A stretch of 64,000 bases of DNA from assembly GCA_010093605.1 (NCBI GenBank), contig MU004185.1:393334-457333 (forward strand), in the 5' to 3' direction. The notes under the pieces are model-generated. The model saw only the letters and a list, made by a program, of their open reading frames with translations. It had not been told where the DNA came from and made no database searches. Shown here piece after piece: positions 1 to 12,554 of the stretch (its first letter is position 1; each line of letters starts with the position of its first letter). This DNA comes from Lophium mytilinum (Eukaryota). The position numbers were made by a program, and so were the translations under genes.

Positions 1-539
1 AAATCCTCTTTATAATAAGTTTAACTTACTCTCTCTATCTACCTTTATATATTTAAAAGATATATAACCTTTAATCTTATCTACTAAAGCCTACCTAGAA
101 AGAAGTCTATTATATACTAAATTAAAACAACTTCTAATACCTAGCTAAGAACCTCTTAGTTAGTGCCTTTAAGCTATACGCTAAAAGACCTTAAGATATT
201 AGACTATTAGATAAGCAGGACGCCTATTTTAAAATTATAGCTAGCACTAATAAAGATTACATTAATAATAATATATTAGATACTACTATTATCTTAAATT
301 ACTCTATAAATAATACTTTTCTATTAAGTATTAATAGCCGTAATCTATAGGGACTATTAGCATAGTTAAGACCTAGACTAAGGCCTAAAGTAACTATAGA
401 AGCTATCTTATCTTAATTAGAAACGCTAAGTATATCTTCTATATCTATATAGTAGACTTATATATTACTCTATATAGAAATACTACTCTATTAATACTCT
501 CTAGCTCTAATTATAATTAGATTCTTACTAGAATTATTA

Positions 540-3500
540 TCTAGGTTATTCTTATCTAAGCTAGAACTAACTTCTTTATCTTCTTTATTCTCTAGATTAG
601 AACTAATTACCCTAAGACGCTATGCCGGTTAAGATAGGCAAAGCGTTGCTAGCTTAGATTAAGAAACTTAACTTATTAACTAGCTAGATTTAGTAGAATT
701 GGGAAATAATAGCATAGCTATAAATAAACGGTTTTAGCAATCTTCTAGTAGAGGGATAGAATTAGATAGCACTAATAGCTTCTCTAGATTCTTAAATAGT
801 AATAATAGTTACTATAGACACCCCCGTAGTAGAATAGAAAGCTAGCGGATCTACTTAACCTTTAAATTTAGGTACTATAATAGTAGTAGACGCTAGATTA
901 ATTGCAAGATAGAAAGATAAGATAGAGAAATATAAGGAAAAGCTAAATAAATAGCTTAACTATTAGAACTAAGTAACATCTATAATTATAACTTAATGCG
1001 GGTTTAATATATAATATATAATAGATAATATTAAATAAGTAGTACTACTACTTAACGCCCTATACCTCTACTTCTAAGATATAGGCTATAGAATAATCTA
1101 TTAGTATTAACTTAACTATAGTAATATATTATTTAATAATTATATAAGTATAGAAGACTTTATAGATAAGCTCTAAGAAGTAAATTAAGACCTTACTAAT
1201 ATTAATCTAACCTGCAAATATAGTAAAGTACACTTAATTAATAACTTCTTTAATAGACTTAGAACTAACTACTAAATATTAGCTAACCTCTTCTAAACTT
1301 AAAATCTAACTATTCCTATAAGAGATGCAGCTAGTATTATTATAAGACTAGCTTTAAACTTTAGCTCTACTATTATAGTAATATAATGTTACAAGACTTC
1401 TCTTAAAGTAGATAAAGAATATAAAAAAGCTATAATAGCTACGTAAGCTAAAGGGAAATTATATAGTACTAGAAATAGAAAAGAAAACTATACTTATAAT
1501 AAGTATTATACTTATTATAAAAAGAAGGCCTAGTATAACGCTTCTATCTACTAGAAACTTTATCTATATCTAGAAAAGGAGTTTAAAGAAAAGAAGGTGG
1601 CTAAGAGAAAGGTAAAATAGAAGAAGAAGGCTAATAATTCTAAGGAATCTAGCTTAAAGCGCTAGAAAATAGACACTATTAAGAAATATAGCGCTAACCT
1701 AGTAGTCTTTTCTACTAATTTTAAATTTCTAGAAGGAACTAACTACATTATCTATATAGTAAATACGTCTGCTATATCTAATAACGTCTAGCTAATTAAT
1801 ACGGGTTGTTTAACTTACTATTGCAGTATCTAAAAAGACTTTATTAAATCTATAATAAAGCTATATTAAGGCCCTAGAATAGAAGAAATAGAAGGAACTA
1901 TTATCTAACTAACTAAAATAGAAATAGTTTAGCTAGAATGCAACTATAAGGAATAGTAGGTTCTTTTCTATCTTACTAATATATTATATACTCCCGGCTT
2001 TAGATGTAACCTTATATTAGTCTTAAAACTAATAAACTAAGGCGTATATATAAGCTTTAAACCCCGTTAAGCTATAATAGAACTCTTAGAAGTTACTATT
2101 CTAGTACCCTACTAAAAGGGGGTCTACGCAATCTAATAGTAGAAGAAAGATATTACGCCTATATTAGTAATAGCTGCATATAAAATTATAGATCTAATAC
2201 TTTAAATCTAGTATAAATAAATAGCTTACCTAGGTAAATAAAACCTCTATAAACTTTAAGAAATATTAGTTAGTATAAAGCTACTTAACCTAGACTACCT
2301 ATATATAGGCTATATAAAAGGTTAAATAAAAGCGGGGTTCTATAGGCGTTATAACTAATAAGAAACTAGTCTACTAGAACTAATCTATATAGATATAGCT
2401 AGTCCTTTTATACTAGAATATAATAGAGTAAAATACTAGGTAACCTTTCTCTATAATAAAACCTAGAATATATAGGTCTATCTACTTAAATATAGAAATA
2501 AGTTCTTCTACTATTTAAAATACTTTATTAACTCTAATAAGACTATTAAGTGCCGCATTAGGCGCATTAGACTAGACTAAGTAGGGGAGAATATTTTAGA
2601 AATCTTTTAAGAGTACTACCGCGACTAGGGGATTCTCCTAGAATATATAGGAATAGACTAATACTAAGAAAATAGCTCCGCAAAAGCACTTAATTAGTAT
2701 ATACTCTCTAAACTAAACCCTACACTATTTAATGCTGGCCTAAATCTAAAATAGTAGCTAGAAGTACTATAAGTAGTTATTATAGTTTAAAACTAAAGCC
2801 CTAGCTTAGTAATTAGTATAACTCTATACTAAGCTTAGCACGGTAACCTTCTAGACCTATTCTAGCTACGCGTAATTAGCTTAAAATGCTATGCATTAAA
2901 GAAAGAGAGAGACTAAAAGGTAATTAGATATATAAGAACTAAAACGTGCACGCTAATTAGATACTTAGAAGGATAATACTACTAGTTATTAAATAAGAAT
3001 AATTAAATTCTAACTATAATAGATATTATTTATCTAGAAGAATAAAGTTATACTAGAAAGTAGTATAAAGTTAACGCACTACTATAAAACCTAGTAAATT
3101 CTACTACTATAGCTATACTTCCTATATAAGCTACCGCACTAATAAGTCTTAGCTAAAAGAGATAGCTAAGCACTACTCGCAATCTATATAATAGTAATAG
3201 AGACGGAAATAAAAGTAACTCTTCTCTACTAAAATAAATATAAAGTCCTACACTATTATAGTACTAGACTCCTCCTTAGTTACTATAATTACTATCTTAT
3301 TATAGTTTACTAGCTTACTTACTAATACTAGTATAATCTATATATACGCAGCTAATATAAAGGCAACTATTACATGTATAGTTAGTATATACTTAGCCCT
3401 TATAGAATAACCTAAAGTAAGTACTACTATTATAGAAGGTTTTATAGAAATGTTAGTATATATAAGTTAAGCCTAGAGAACCTATAACTTATATATAAAG

Positions 3501-5490
3501 TATATAGAGTATCTATTTAGAATTACCTCTTAATTTAGATAGATACTACGTTCTAGAAATAGTAACGCTTAACTATCTAAATCTAAATTAATTAGAAGAA
3601 GAAGTATATATAACTACTAAGCTAGCTATTCTAGAAGTAGTACTTAAGGATCTATAATTAGCTAACTTAGAGCTACTAGAAGAACCTAAGCTAGAAATAT
3701 AAACTAGACCTGCTACTAGAGAACTAGATTAGAATATAGCTCTACTAAGCCTAATAGCTACTGCCGCTATTACTAAGCTATTTAAACCTAAAACGTTTAA
3801 TTAAGCTTAAGTAGATCTACTCTAGAATAAGTAGAAGAAGGCTATAAAGAATAAAGTTCTATTACTAGAAGAAAATAATACCTAGACCCTTATAAATACA
3901 CTACGTAACCGCCGCGTTCTAGAAGAAAAGTAGGTATTTAAACTTAAACATGGGCTAACTAGAGAGATTCTATACTATAAAGCTTAGTAGGTAGTCTAAG
4001 GCTTTAAGTAATAAGAAGGAATTAACTACTATAAGACTTTTATATTAGTAGTTAAGCCTATAAGCTATAAAGCTATCTTTACTATAGCTATAGCCCTTAA
4101 TCTAGAAATTAAGTAAATAGATATTAAAACGGCATTTCTATATAGTAATATAGATAAAGAAATCTATATAGAATAACCGCGCAGCCTTAGCTAATCTAGA
4201 AACTAAGTCTATAAACTTAATAAGGCGTTATATAGCTTAAAATAATTACCTAGAATATAGTACTATACTCTAGCTACCTACCTAAAAGGTTATAGCTTCT
4301 TACTATTAGATTTAGACCTTACTATATTCTTTAAAGGCTATATATTTATTATAGTATATATAAATAACTTATTAATTATAGAACTATTATATAATAAAAT
4401 CTAGGAAATTAAGAATCTACTTAATAATTATTTCTAGATATTAGACCTAGGCCTATATAGCTACTATCTAGAAATATCTATTATATATAATAGATAGAAT
4501 TAAACCCTTACACTTAATTAATAAGGCTATATATCTAAAGTTCTTGCTAAATTTAAAATAGATAAGGGAAAACCGTGCGCTACGCCTATAGATACTAGCC
4601 GTATTAAAGTACTAGTAGAAGACTATAAGGCAACGCTAGAACTTAAAGCGTAGTATATAAGAGCTATTAGATCTCTAATATATACTATACTTAGTACTCG
4701 CCTAGATATTATATATGCAGTATTAGTATATAGCTAATATCTAGTAAATCTAGTACTAGCGCATAAAAAGATAGTTAAACGCGTACTTTAGTACCTATAA
4801 GGTACTATTAACTTCCGCCTAGTATATAAAGGGGAATTAGCACCTCTTATAGAATATACTAACTTTAACTAGGTAGAAGACTAAGAGACGCGCCGCTCTA
4901 TAGCTAGATATATCTTTAATATTAGCAGCGTAGCTATTAGCTAGTCTTTAAAATAATAATTAGTAGTTATACTCTTATTATATAAAGCTAAATATATAGA
5001 AGAAATATAAGCTATAAAAAAAGCTATATAGCTATAGAGTCTTCTTTAGAAGCTCTTAACTATAAAGTTACCTTTAGTAATAATTATATATAGCAATAAC
5101 TAAGAAGTAATTACCTTAGCTAGAAACCCGCAGTTTTACTCCCGGACTAAGTATATAGCTATCTAACACTACTATATATAGAAAAAGTAAGCTAATAATA
5201 CTATTAACCTCTAATTTATACTAATAGAGGAATAAGTAGCTAATAGGCTTATAAAAGCACTACTAAAAGATTATTTCCTACTCTTTTAAAAAGTAATTAG
5301 TTTAGAAGAATACATATACTAAAGGGGGAGCACTCTTTTCTATATATATAGGTTTTAATAAGGCTTCTATCTAAGAATTCTTTCCTATTTTTTCTATAAG
5401 GTTTTTAGGTTTTCTAGATTACTAGACTTCTTCTATACTCTATTCTTTCTTAATTTACCGCTCTAGATAGAGGGGGAGAATATAATAACT
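540..5490 (+). mobile_element. RIP-degenerated Ty1/copia LTR retrotransposon (gag-PR-IN-RT-RH remnant)
   Basis: Reverting TpA to CpA/TpG restores copia motifs in copia order: protease WLIDTGC (1789-1809), integrase LIHxDIAGP (2380-2406), RT QMDVKTAFLYG (4114-4146) and VYVDDL (4354-4371), RNase H IYGDNQGAI (~5086-5112) and RTKHIA (~5143-5160). Polypurine tract AGAGGGGGAG at ~5469-5478. The LTRs could not be delimited, so the boundaries are approximate. Confidence 0.9.
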
Positions 5491-5559
5491 ATTAGAAACG
5501 TATAAATTAGCTAAAACTAATTAAAATAAGTATATAATATCTAAATAAACCTAGATTTA

Positions 5560-5985
5560 GTATATTTATAGTACTAAAAGTGGACCTATCTATAAAAATA
5601 GGAAAAGTAGGTCTATTTATACTTAATAGCACAACTAGAATTACTTAAAAAAGTGTTCTAGATATTTAGCTATATATAGAAACCCGGAATCTATTATAAC
5701 TATAGTACTAAGTAGGTTAAGCGGGTCTACTAAAGAAATAAAAGCGGGTCCCTTTATACTAATAGTAATATCTAAATTATTCTAGAATGTATTTATATAT
5801 ATTAACTATTTATAGAGGACTAAACCTACTTATAGAGACCTAGATCCGCTATAACTATAGTAATAAGCGGGCTAAGTAGGTCTACTAGAAAAATAAAAGC
5901 GGGTCCCTTTATACTAATAGTAATTTTAAATTATCTAAAAATACTTTTATATATATTAACTATATATAGAGAACTAGACCCCTTT
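5560..5985. repeat. RIP-mutated ~155-bp tandem repeat (2 clear + 1 diverged unit)
   Basis: AAAGCGGGTCCCTTTATACTAATAGTAAT occurs at 5741 and 5896 (period 155) with flanking similarity. A more diverged unit lies at ~5560-5690. Confidence 0.8.
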
Positions 5986-6274
5986 TTATCTATAGTTTAA
6001 TAATATAGTATAAATAAAAAATACATTTCTATAATAAATAGTTTATTAAATCCGCTTTTCTTTAGGTATAAAAGACTGCTATTCCTCCTAAATTAAATTA
6101 GTATCTTCTTAGATAAATTCCATCTTTTCTTCTTTCTAACTAGCTAAAAATATAAGTGGTTTCTAATTCTTTTCTATTAAGGTTAAGAAGGAAACTTCTA
6201 AACTTTCTATAGGCCCTAACTCCCCTATATTATTCTATAGCTCTAATACTATAATCTATAGTAATTATCCCCCT

Positions 6275-7240
6275 ATTTACTCTAAAACGCTTGCGGAAAC
6301 GCCTATAGAAGTCCTGGACAAGTTTTTAGATAAAATAGTAGATTTTTTAGACGCGTCTAAAACTATAAAAGAGGATAGTAGTAAGAAGGATAATAATAAC
6401 TCTATAGATAATAACTACTAGCCTTATATAGCCTACTATGCTTACCTAAATATTACTGCCGCCGCTAAATCTATAGACATTTCTATAAATAAAGTTAGCA
6501 TTTCTAAGCTAGAATCTACCTTTTAATAGCTTACTATAGTTAATTATAACCTAGCTATTACTATTAGAGGCGCTAAAATACTTCTAGAGGCCCTCTTACC
6601 TACTATTAGCCCCGGCGTTAAAGAACTAGTAGAACTTAGACTTGCTAGCATTTATACCTAGAAGAATAGAGTTCTTACTACTACTACTAGCTATTCTTAT
6701 AAGGTTATTAAACCTTATAAGCTTATAATACTTAAAGGAAATAGTCCCTTCTACTATAGAGATAGAAATACTATCTATAGTACCTTTATAAGAACTAATA
6801 GTATTACGCGCTTTTATCTATTTAAGAAAAGAGGTAGAGAGAAGTAACTTCTTTATAGTAACCTCTAGATTACCTCTAGCTTTATTACTAAGAACCTAGA
6901 TATTCTTAATAACCTTATATAGACCTAGTTTACCCGCCTAAACTAATTAATAGAAGCTAACTTAGCTATAGAAAGCCTATAGTTCTACCTAGACTCTATT
7001 ACTAATAAGGTAGAGGTTTTAAAGCTAAAGCTAGCGTAGGTAGAAGAGGAAAAGTCTTAGTTAGAGTAGAAGAATACTAACCTTTACCTAATAGACCTAC
7101 TTTATTAAATATACTTAGAGGAAATAGATAGATTAGTAGAAGTTAGCTTATATCTCTTCTATTACTAGAGTAGAAGTATTAAAACTAGTAAGGGTTCTAT
7201 TAATAGTATAGACGCTAACTAGTTTACTATATAATTCTAC
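6275..7240 (+). pseudogene. RIP-degraded non-copia ORF remnant with C-terminal coiled coil
   Basis: Long + frames broken mostly by TAG/TAA codons (ex-CAG/CAA/TGG): YSKTLAETPIEVLDKFLDKIVDFLD...GAKILLEALLPTISPGVKELVELRL, and later NKVEVLKLKLA*VEEEKS*LE*KN. Confidence 0.45.
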
Positions 7241-8422
7241 TAAAGTATATAAAACTATAGCTATATAGTCTTCTCTCCCTTAGTATAATCTAAGGGGAAT
7301 TAAATCTATATAACCCAATTTTAACATATATTTCCTAAAATTTGTTGGCCTCCTCCATAGCGCATTCGACCGGTCAGTGTCTAATGAGGACACCAATCAG
7401 TGACGAAGTAAGTCGCCCCCGTGGCTGGGTTGGAATCCAGCGTGGGTCTGTAGAGCGACATTCCACACGCCAAGGAAGTAGCGTAGGGCCCTGCTCGGTG
7501 AACATTTTACTAGTTAGAACCTCTCGGCGAGCTAGAGTATGAGTCCGGTGTTGGTTGAATTTCTTTTTACGTTTTTTTTTTCTTCAATTATATATAAGAT
7601 GTGGAAGAGGAAGGGCTCAAAAGCGGCAGGGGGGTGTTGCGGTGATGGAATGGGAATGAAGGCGAGCTATAGAGGTGGCTTCTAGGGTTCGAGTCGACCT
7701 CGCGATTCCCTCCACGCCATGGGGAGCCGCTGTGCTGTGGTAGATATTAGATCATGATGTTCTCCATCTTCAGACTCTTCTTCCGCTCTTCACCACCTCG
7801 ACTCTCTCACGAGAAGCACCGCACATACCTGAAGACGAAGCCTCCCCTCCGCGCTGGAGATGAGTGGTCTCTTTGTGGTGTTGATGGCCATCATCGATGA
7901 AAGTTACGGAAGTTACACACTGCCGTCCTCCTCCACGCCATGGTTCGTAGTATCGCGCGATTTTGCTCTACCACTCCACCACCAGTCTTCGTAGGTCGTT
8001 CAGAGTCCTCTCTTCCAATCGCCAACTCCTTCCCAGCATGGGCGGAGTAGACTTGGGATTTTCTTCCACCAGTCCACACACCCAGTCATAGGTCTGTAAT
8101 CCCATGGTTTTCAATCCTCCACACTGCCCATGATGGTCCCTGTAGAACGATTGTGAAATTCCACCCGACTCCAAGCTTCCTGTCCTTCCATAATTTAAGT
8201 TCGGTGTGAGAAAGGTAAAGGTTTTATAGATAAGCTGGATGAGAGAAGTTCGAGGTCACGTGGTAGATATGTCAGCACGTGAGGGGAAGGTTAGAGTCAT
8301 AGCCAGGTTTCACTCTGGAGAAGTCTGAGACACCTCCTGGATGACTTATATCTACCACTCGACCGCAACCATCACGCTGAGACCGTTTAAAAACAGACGA
8401 CAGTGCTTCAAACCCTTCAAAC

Positions 8423-9602
8423 TTACCCCTCCAGCTTCTCGAGCAACAGACTATGCTCAGGGTGCCCAGAGCTCTTCACCTGAATCTGCATGCTCTCCAG
8501 CACTCTCTTCTTAACATCAGAGCCTCTAACGTCCTGTCCCGTGAACCCACCATACGTAGCTTCGAACTCGAACGGCTGCAGCGCCTTCCAGATACCCTCG
8601 ATCTTGGAAGGAGGTAGCGGGATCATATTAGGGATAGACCACATGAAAGAGTAGCTAGACGTCCCAGGCTGGCGAGGAGAAGGCGTTCCTGCGGACTACT
8701 CAGGTTGAACATCAGCCCACCACCAATGAAACACTGGCTAAGTCGATGATATGGGAGATATGAACGAGAGGGGATTTCGCACCGGCACCGTGTACATGGA
8801 ATCTGCAATGAACAGCTTCTTCTCCCAATGCAGCACCATACTTCCATCAAAGTGGCCCCCTACTTTAATGGCCGTGACTCCAGGTACGATCGTTTCGATT
8901 GGCCCTTTGATAAAGCGGCGTGCCTTGAGATGGTCAAAGCGGTTCAGCCATTGCTTGTCTTCGGTCGCGACATAGACGGGGCAGTTGAAGATCTTAGCCC
9001 ATTCGAGGTGGGTGGTGTAGAAGTGTGGGTGGGAGATTACGATTGCTGAGAGGCCACCTTTGGAAGTGATCTGGGGGTGTTAGATGGGCTGCTTGAGAAG
9101 GAAAGTGGTAATATGTGGGAGAATGGGAAGTGGAGCTTACAAAGTCGATGGTCTTCTGGTCGATGAAGGCGATAAGGTCCCAGAGGACGTTGCCGTTTGG
9201 GGTTTGGAGGAGTATGGCGCGTTCTCCAATACCGCACTGTAGTCACATAGAGACGATTGAGTAAATTATCCGAGGAGTTTGTTTGATGACGACTGACCTT
9301 TGGTTCAGTAGTTATGAACAAAATCTTCTCATCTGTAGGATCTTGCTCGAGGAAGTTCTCATGTTTCCCCTTTAGCTGTCCCAAAGTAGTCCAGACTTGG
9401 CCTCCAGGAGGAACATATTGGCGCGGATCCTAAAGTGGGGTTGTCAAGCGCGTGAAGCATAGGTACCGAAAGTATTTGAGTAAATACATACCTCACAAAT
9501 GCGACAGCTCTTGAGAGGCGAGCCGGATTGTAACGACACATCGAACTGTGTGCCGCAGGTGTTGCAGATAAGCAGGTCTTGTCCGTCAACTACTGTAATC
9601 AT
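8423..9602 (-). CDS. Metallo-beta-lactamase-fold hydrolase (multi-exon)
   Basis: Spliced reading MITVVDGQDLLICNTCGTQFD...CRICE/DPRQYVPPGGQ...IGERAILLQTPNGNVLWD...IVISHPHFYTT...FMWSIPNMIPLPP. N-terminal CxxC pair and SHPH metal-binding motif. First intron 9430-9491, with further GT-AG introns. Confidence 0.85.
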
Positions 9603-10049
9603 GGCTGTTGATGGTCGTGAGATGGGTTGCTGGCTGGCGAGGGGCTTTGCTACTATTGGTCAAGTCTGGCCGTATGCGGCTTATCAATGCTGCTTTGCAA
9701 CGCGAGAGTCCTGGATGTCTTGAGCTGGAAAGCAAATGTAAAACTTAGTGAAGAGATCTTTGTGAATTTAGGGCACCAGACTCTAGATATCTTGCAAGTT
9801 GAGAGATCATCTCCAAAGGTGGGGTACGCAGCACGCGGAATCACTGTACGCCATGCTGTTCTGGTAGACTCAAAATCCATTTACTCTTCGTCCAGTCATC
9901 TTCATCATACATACCCAACTCCTCTTAAAAGCTTTGCAGGAATGACGCGCGCCTAAAGATTTAACCTGATAATGCCTCAATGAACGCCGCCAATGCTACA
10001 AAGCCAACGTTTATAGTATCACCCACAAGCCGCTAAGAACCAGAGCACA

Positions 10050-10747
10050 CTAATAGTTTACAACGTTCTTCAGTATCCATACCTCGCCGTTACCTACTTT
10101 GTCAGCAATGCTGAGAACTTCGATATTGCCGGGTTGAATCTGCGTTGATGTCAGCTATAATTTAACGCGAATAGACGCGCAACACATACCATCTTCTTTC
10201 CACCTGTACTCTCGTACCAAATGGTGTTCCCATTCAATGTCTGGACTTTGTGATGCTCCTTCCATGGACTCTCCGGTACAATATGTGCCTCGACGAATCT
10301 CCGCATATTCCGGTGAGCGCGATCCTCGCCCGCCTCACCTTTGTATGCATCATCTCCTAGAGCACTGTACTCTTTCGGGTCCTCCCAAGGTTTCCGAGGT
10401 AGATTCCTCATAGCGCCATTGTCGGGTGCAAGGACAGTAGCATTCTGTGACGCATCATCTAACCGGTCGGACACGGAGTCGATATCCCGACTCAAACCGC
10501 TGAAGATGGCAATATCCTGAGTCTTGCCCATCACGTCGGATATAATGATTCCGGCCGAGATCTCCGGCGAGGACTTGTCATCGTTTATAGGAGGCATGGC
10601 GATGTTCGGGAGATTCGTGAGCGGAGACTGATTACCGCGGATGTGGAGTGACTTGAGGAAGGAGGAGAGCGGTCTTGAATCTGCGGAGGCTGTGAGGGCG
10701 AGACAAATGGCAGCGGCTGGGTATCCGAAGAGTATCTGGGCCTTCAT
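10050..10747 (-). CDS. Secreted FAS1 (fasciclin) domain protein
   Basis: Signal peptide MKAQILFGYPAAAICLALTASA; FAS1 motifs TVLAPDN, LPRKPWEDP, RRFVEAHIVP; terminal exon IQPGNIEV...VGNGEVWILKNVVNY* after one intron. Confidence 0.88.
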
Positions 10748-10944
10748 GGTGTTTGACAACTTGAAGACTTTCACGATGCAGACGGTGTGTTCGGCCAGTG
10801 AGAAGGCCGTATACGTCATCTCGGGTCACGTGCTAGCGCGGAAGTAGCCGCCTAACTTTGTTCTTAGCGCATCTCGAGCTGCACCTCACTTTCTCTCCTC
10901 CACCAACCTCCTCCATGAAGATTCTTCATCTGTGCAAGTAACGA

Positions 10945-11585
10945 ATGGATCTTCCTACTGTCACAGAGGTCAGTGCTTCACTCCTCCATTGTGTAACACC
11001 TCTGACATGCTCCAGGAAGATCTGCGAGCTTTCCACTCCAAACACTTCTCATCTGCCCCACTACCTGCAGTCTTCTTCCACCTCGACGACACGTCTGTTG
11101 AGGCATACGAGGAAGAAGATGACGATGGCTTGGGCTACTACGCTGATGGCGTGAAGCGCACTCTCACCGACGAGCAAATTGCCATCTTTCGGCATTCTGA
11201 GATCCAAACGATCATCAAAGAGTTGCGACAGGCTCGACAAGACAAGGAAGCCGATGGAGCATCGACAGCATCCAGTGAGGAGTCAGACCACGGGTTGAAA
11301 AAGACCATGGCTGAGTTCACACCCTATGGAGAGGGCATGAAGCGGAAGAGGCTCGACTTGTCCTCACTAGCACCCCGAAAGCGCTCCAACAACCGTCTGC
11401 CTGATCCGGAGCCCGGCTGGGAAGATATTAGCAAGATGCGCAACTGGGAGCCAGAGATGACCTGGGAGGGTGGCGGCGCCAAAACTCCAGACAATTCTCC
11501 CAGCGACACGGACGATAAGATGCCAAGACGCGTCGCGAGAGAGGAGGATGATCTCAAAGTCCAAAACATAGAGCTGGACTACTGA
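10945..11585 (+). CDS. DUF3807-family conserved fungal protein
   Basis: MDLPTVTE / intron ~10969-11015 / EDLRAFHSKHF...; hallmark LGYYADGVKRTLTDEQIAIFRHSEIQ. Confidence 0.8.
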
Positions 11586-11732
11586 AGTCAAAGACAACCT
11601 CGAATATCAGACCGGCAACGGCCATCTCACTCCGAGCAACGTTCACAGCTAAGACACGTTCCGTGCCAGCTGATGCGATGAGTCTTCATAACTCCATTCC
11701 GGTTAGTACTCATCTCGTGCCTTCTTTCTTAT

Positions 11733-11910
11733 GTCTGCAATGATGAGGACAAATATCATCCTTAGTCCGAGCCCGGCCTCGACTAACTCTCCTGAAGGCG
11801 GTCCGTCCTTTCATGCATTGCACATTGCGTGATTGGATTGGCTGTCTAGACGTTGTGACCTGCTTGGTTGGCAATGGGGACGCCAAAATAATCTTCTCTC
11901 TGATTCAGAC
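11733..11910 (+). ncRNA. Box C/D snoRNA guiding U6 snRNA 2'-O-methylation (mgU6-47/Z30-like, with a second guide)
   Basis: Terminal stem GTCTG (11733-37) / CAGAC (11906-10); box C ATGATGA 11740-46; box D CTGA 11900-03, preceded by TAATCTTCTCT (11889-99), the exact complement of U6 AGAGAAGAUUA; D'-like CCGA 11767-70, preceded by TCATCCTTAGT, complementary to the U6 AAGGAUGA region. Confidence 0.8.
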
Positions 11911-12554
11911 TTTGTGCACCACCTTACCACTCCTTCACTTCCTGTCTTCGCATGGATGCTAATCTTACGGAGCCACATAGGCATGATCGCACAGCAACGC
12001 GTACTATCACCGTACTAGGGCATCAATCTGCGTACACTCAAATGTCACTGTTTGAAGTCCTTCCATACACTTTCGAGCCTCTGGGCAGAATCCGTTGGAA
12101 CGATCTGTAACTATGCCAGCCCACCCCAGACGCTGGGCCGTCATCGTGGCTACCTGGCCCTCACCGCCCTCTTCCAGAGTTGATGGTGCCCATTCTTCGA
12201 CAGCGAGCGGAAGAGGGCCGAGAGCAGCCCACATGGTGAGTAGGCGGAGGTGATACTGGCGAATTTAGTTATATTGTCTCACAAGTAGCAATCTATGGAA
12301 TACTTGAATACTCGAATGACCTTCTCTTGAAACTTAGATGACAATCATGTCCAACCGGTTTAGCGAGAAGTGACTTCTCCTGACTCATTATCGATAGTGA
12401 AGCCTAGAGCCCGAGCTTTGGGTGAATGGGCACGGTGCGTAATGCGGCTAGCATGCGGGATGATCCCGGTGATCGCGGGCTTTGTCAAAGTCTCGGGACG
12501 GCTGCAGAACGCAGGCCCACTCTCGAAGATCCTACCTCAACTCAATTATCGACC

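Noticed and set aside
1..540. 5' LTR of the copia element
   Set aside because: Only a 10-bp match (ATTAGAAACG) to the sequence after the PPT; the LTR pair could not be established.
7343..7504. TGTT...AACA GC-rich segment with small hairpins: solo LTR, hammerhead or ncRNA candidate
   Set aside because: No TSD (AAATT vs TTTTA), no second copy in the window, hammerhead core imperfect (CTAATGA, GAAG), and no match to an ncRNA I recognise.
7686..7700. GGTTCGAGTC B-box-like motif (tRNA?)
   Set aside because: No cloverleaf stems or A-box context.
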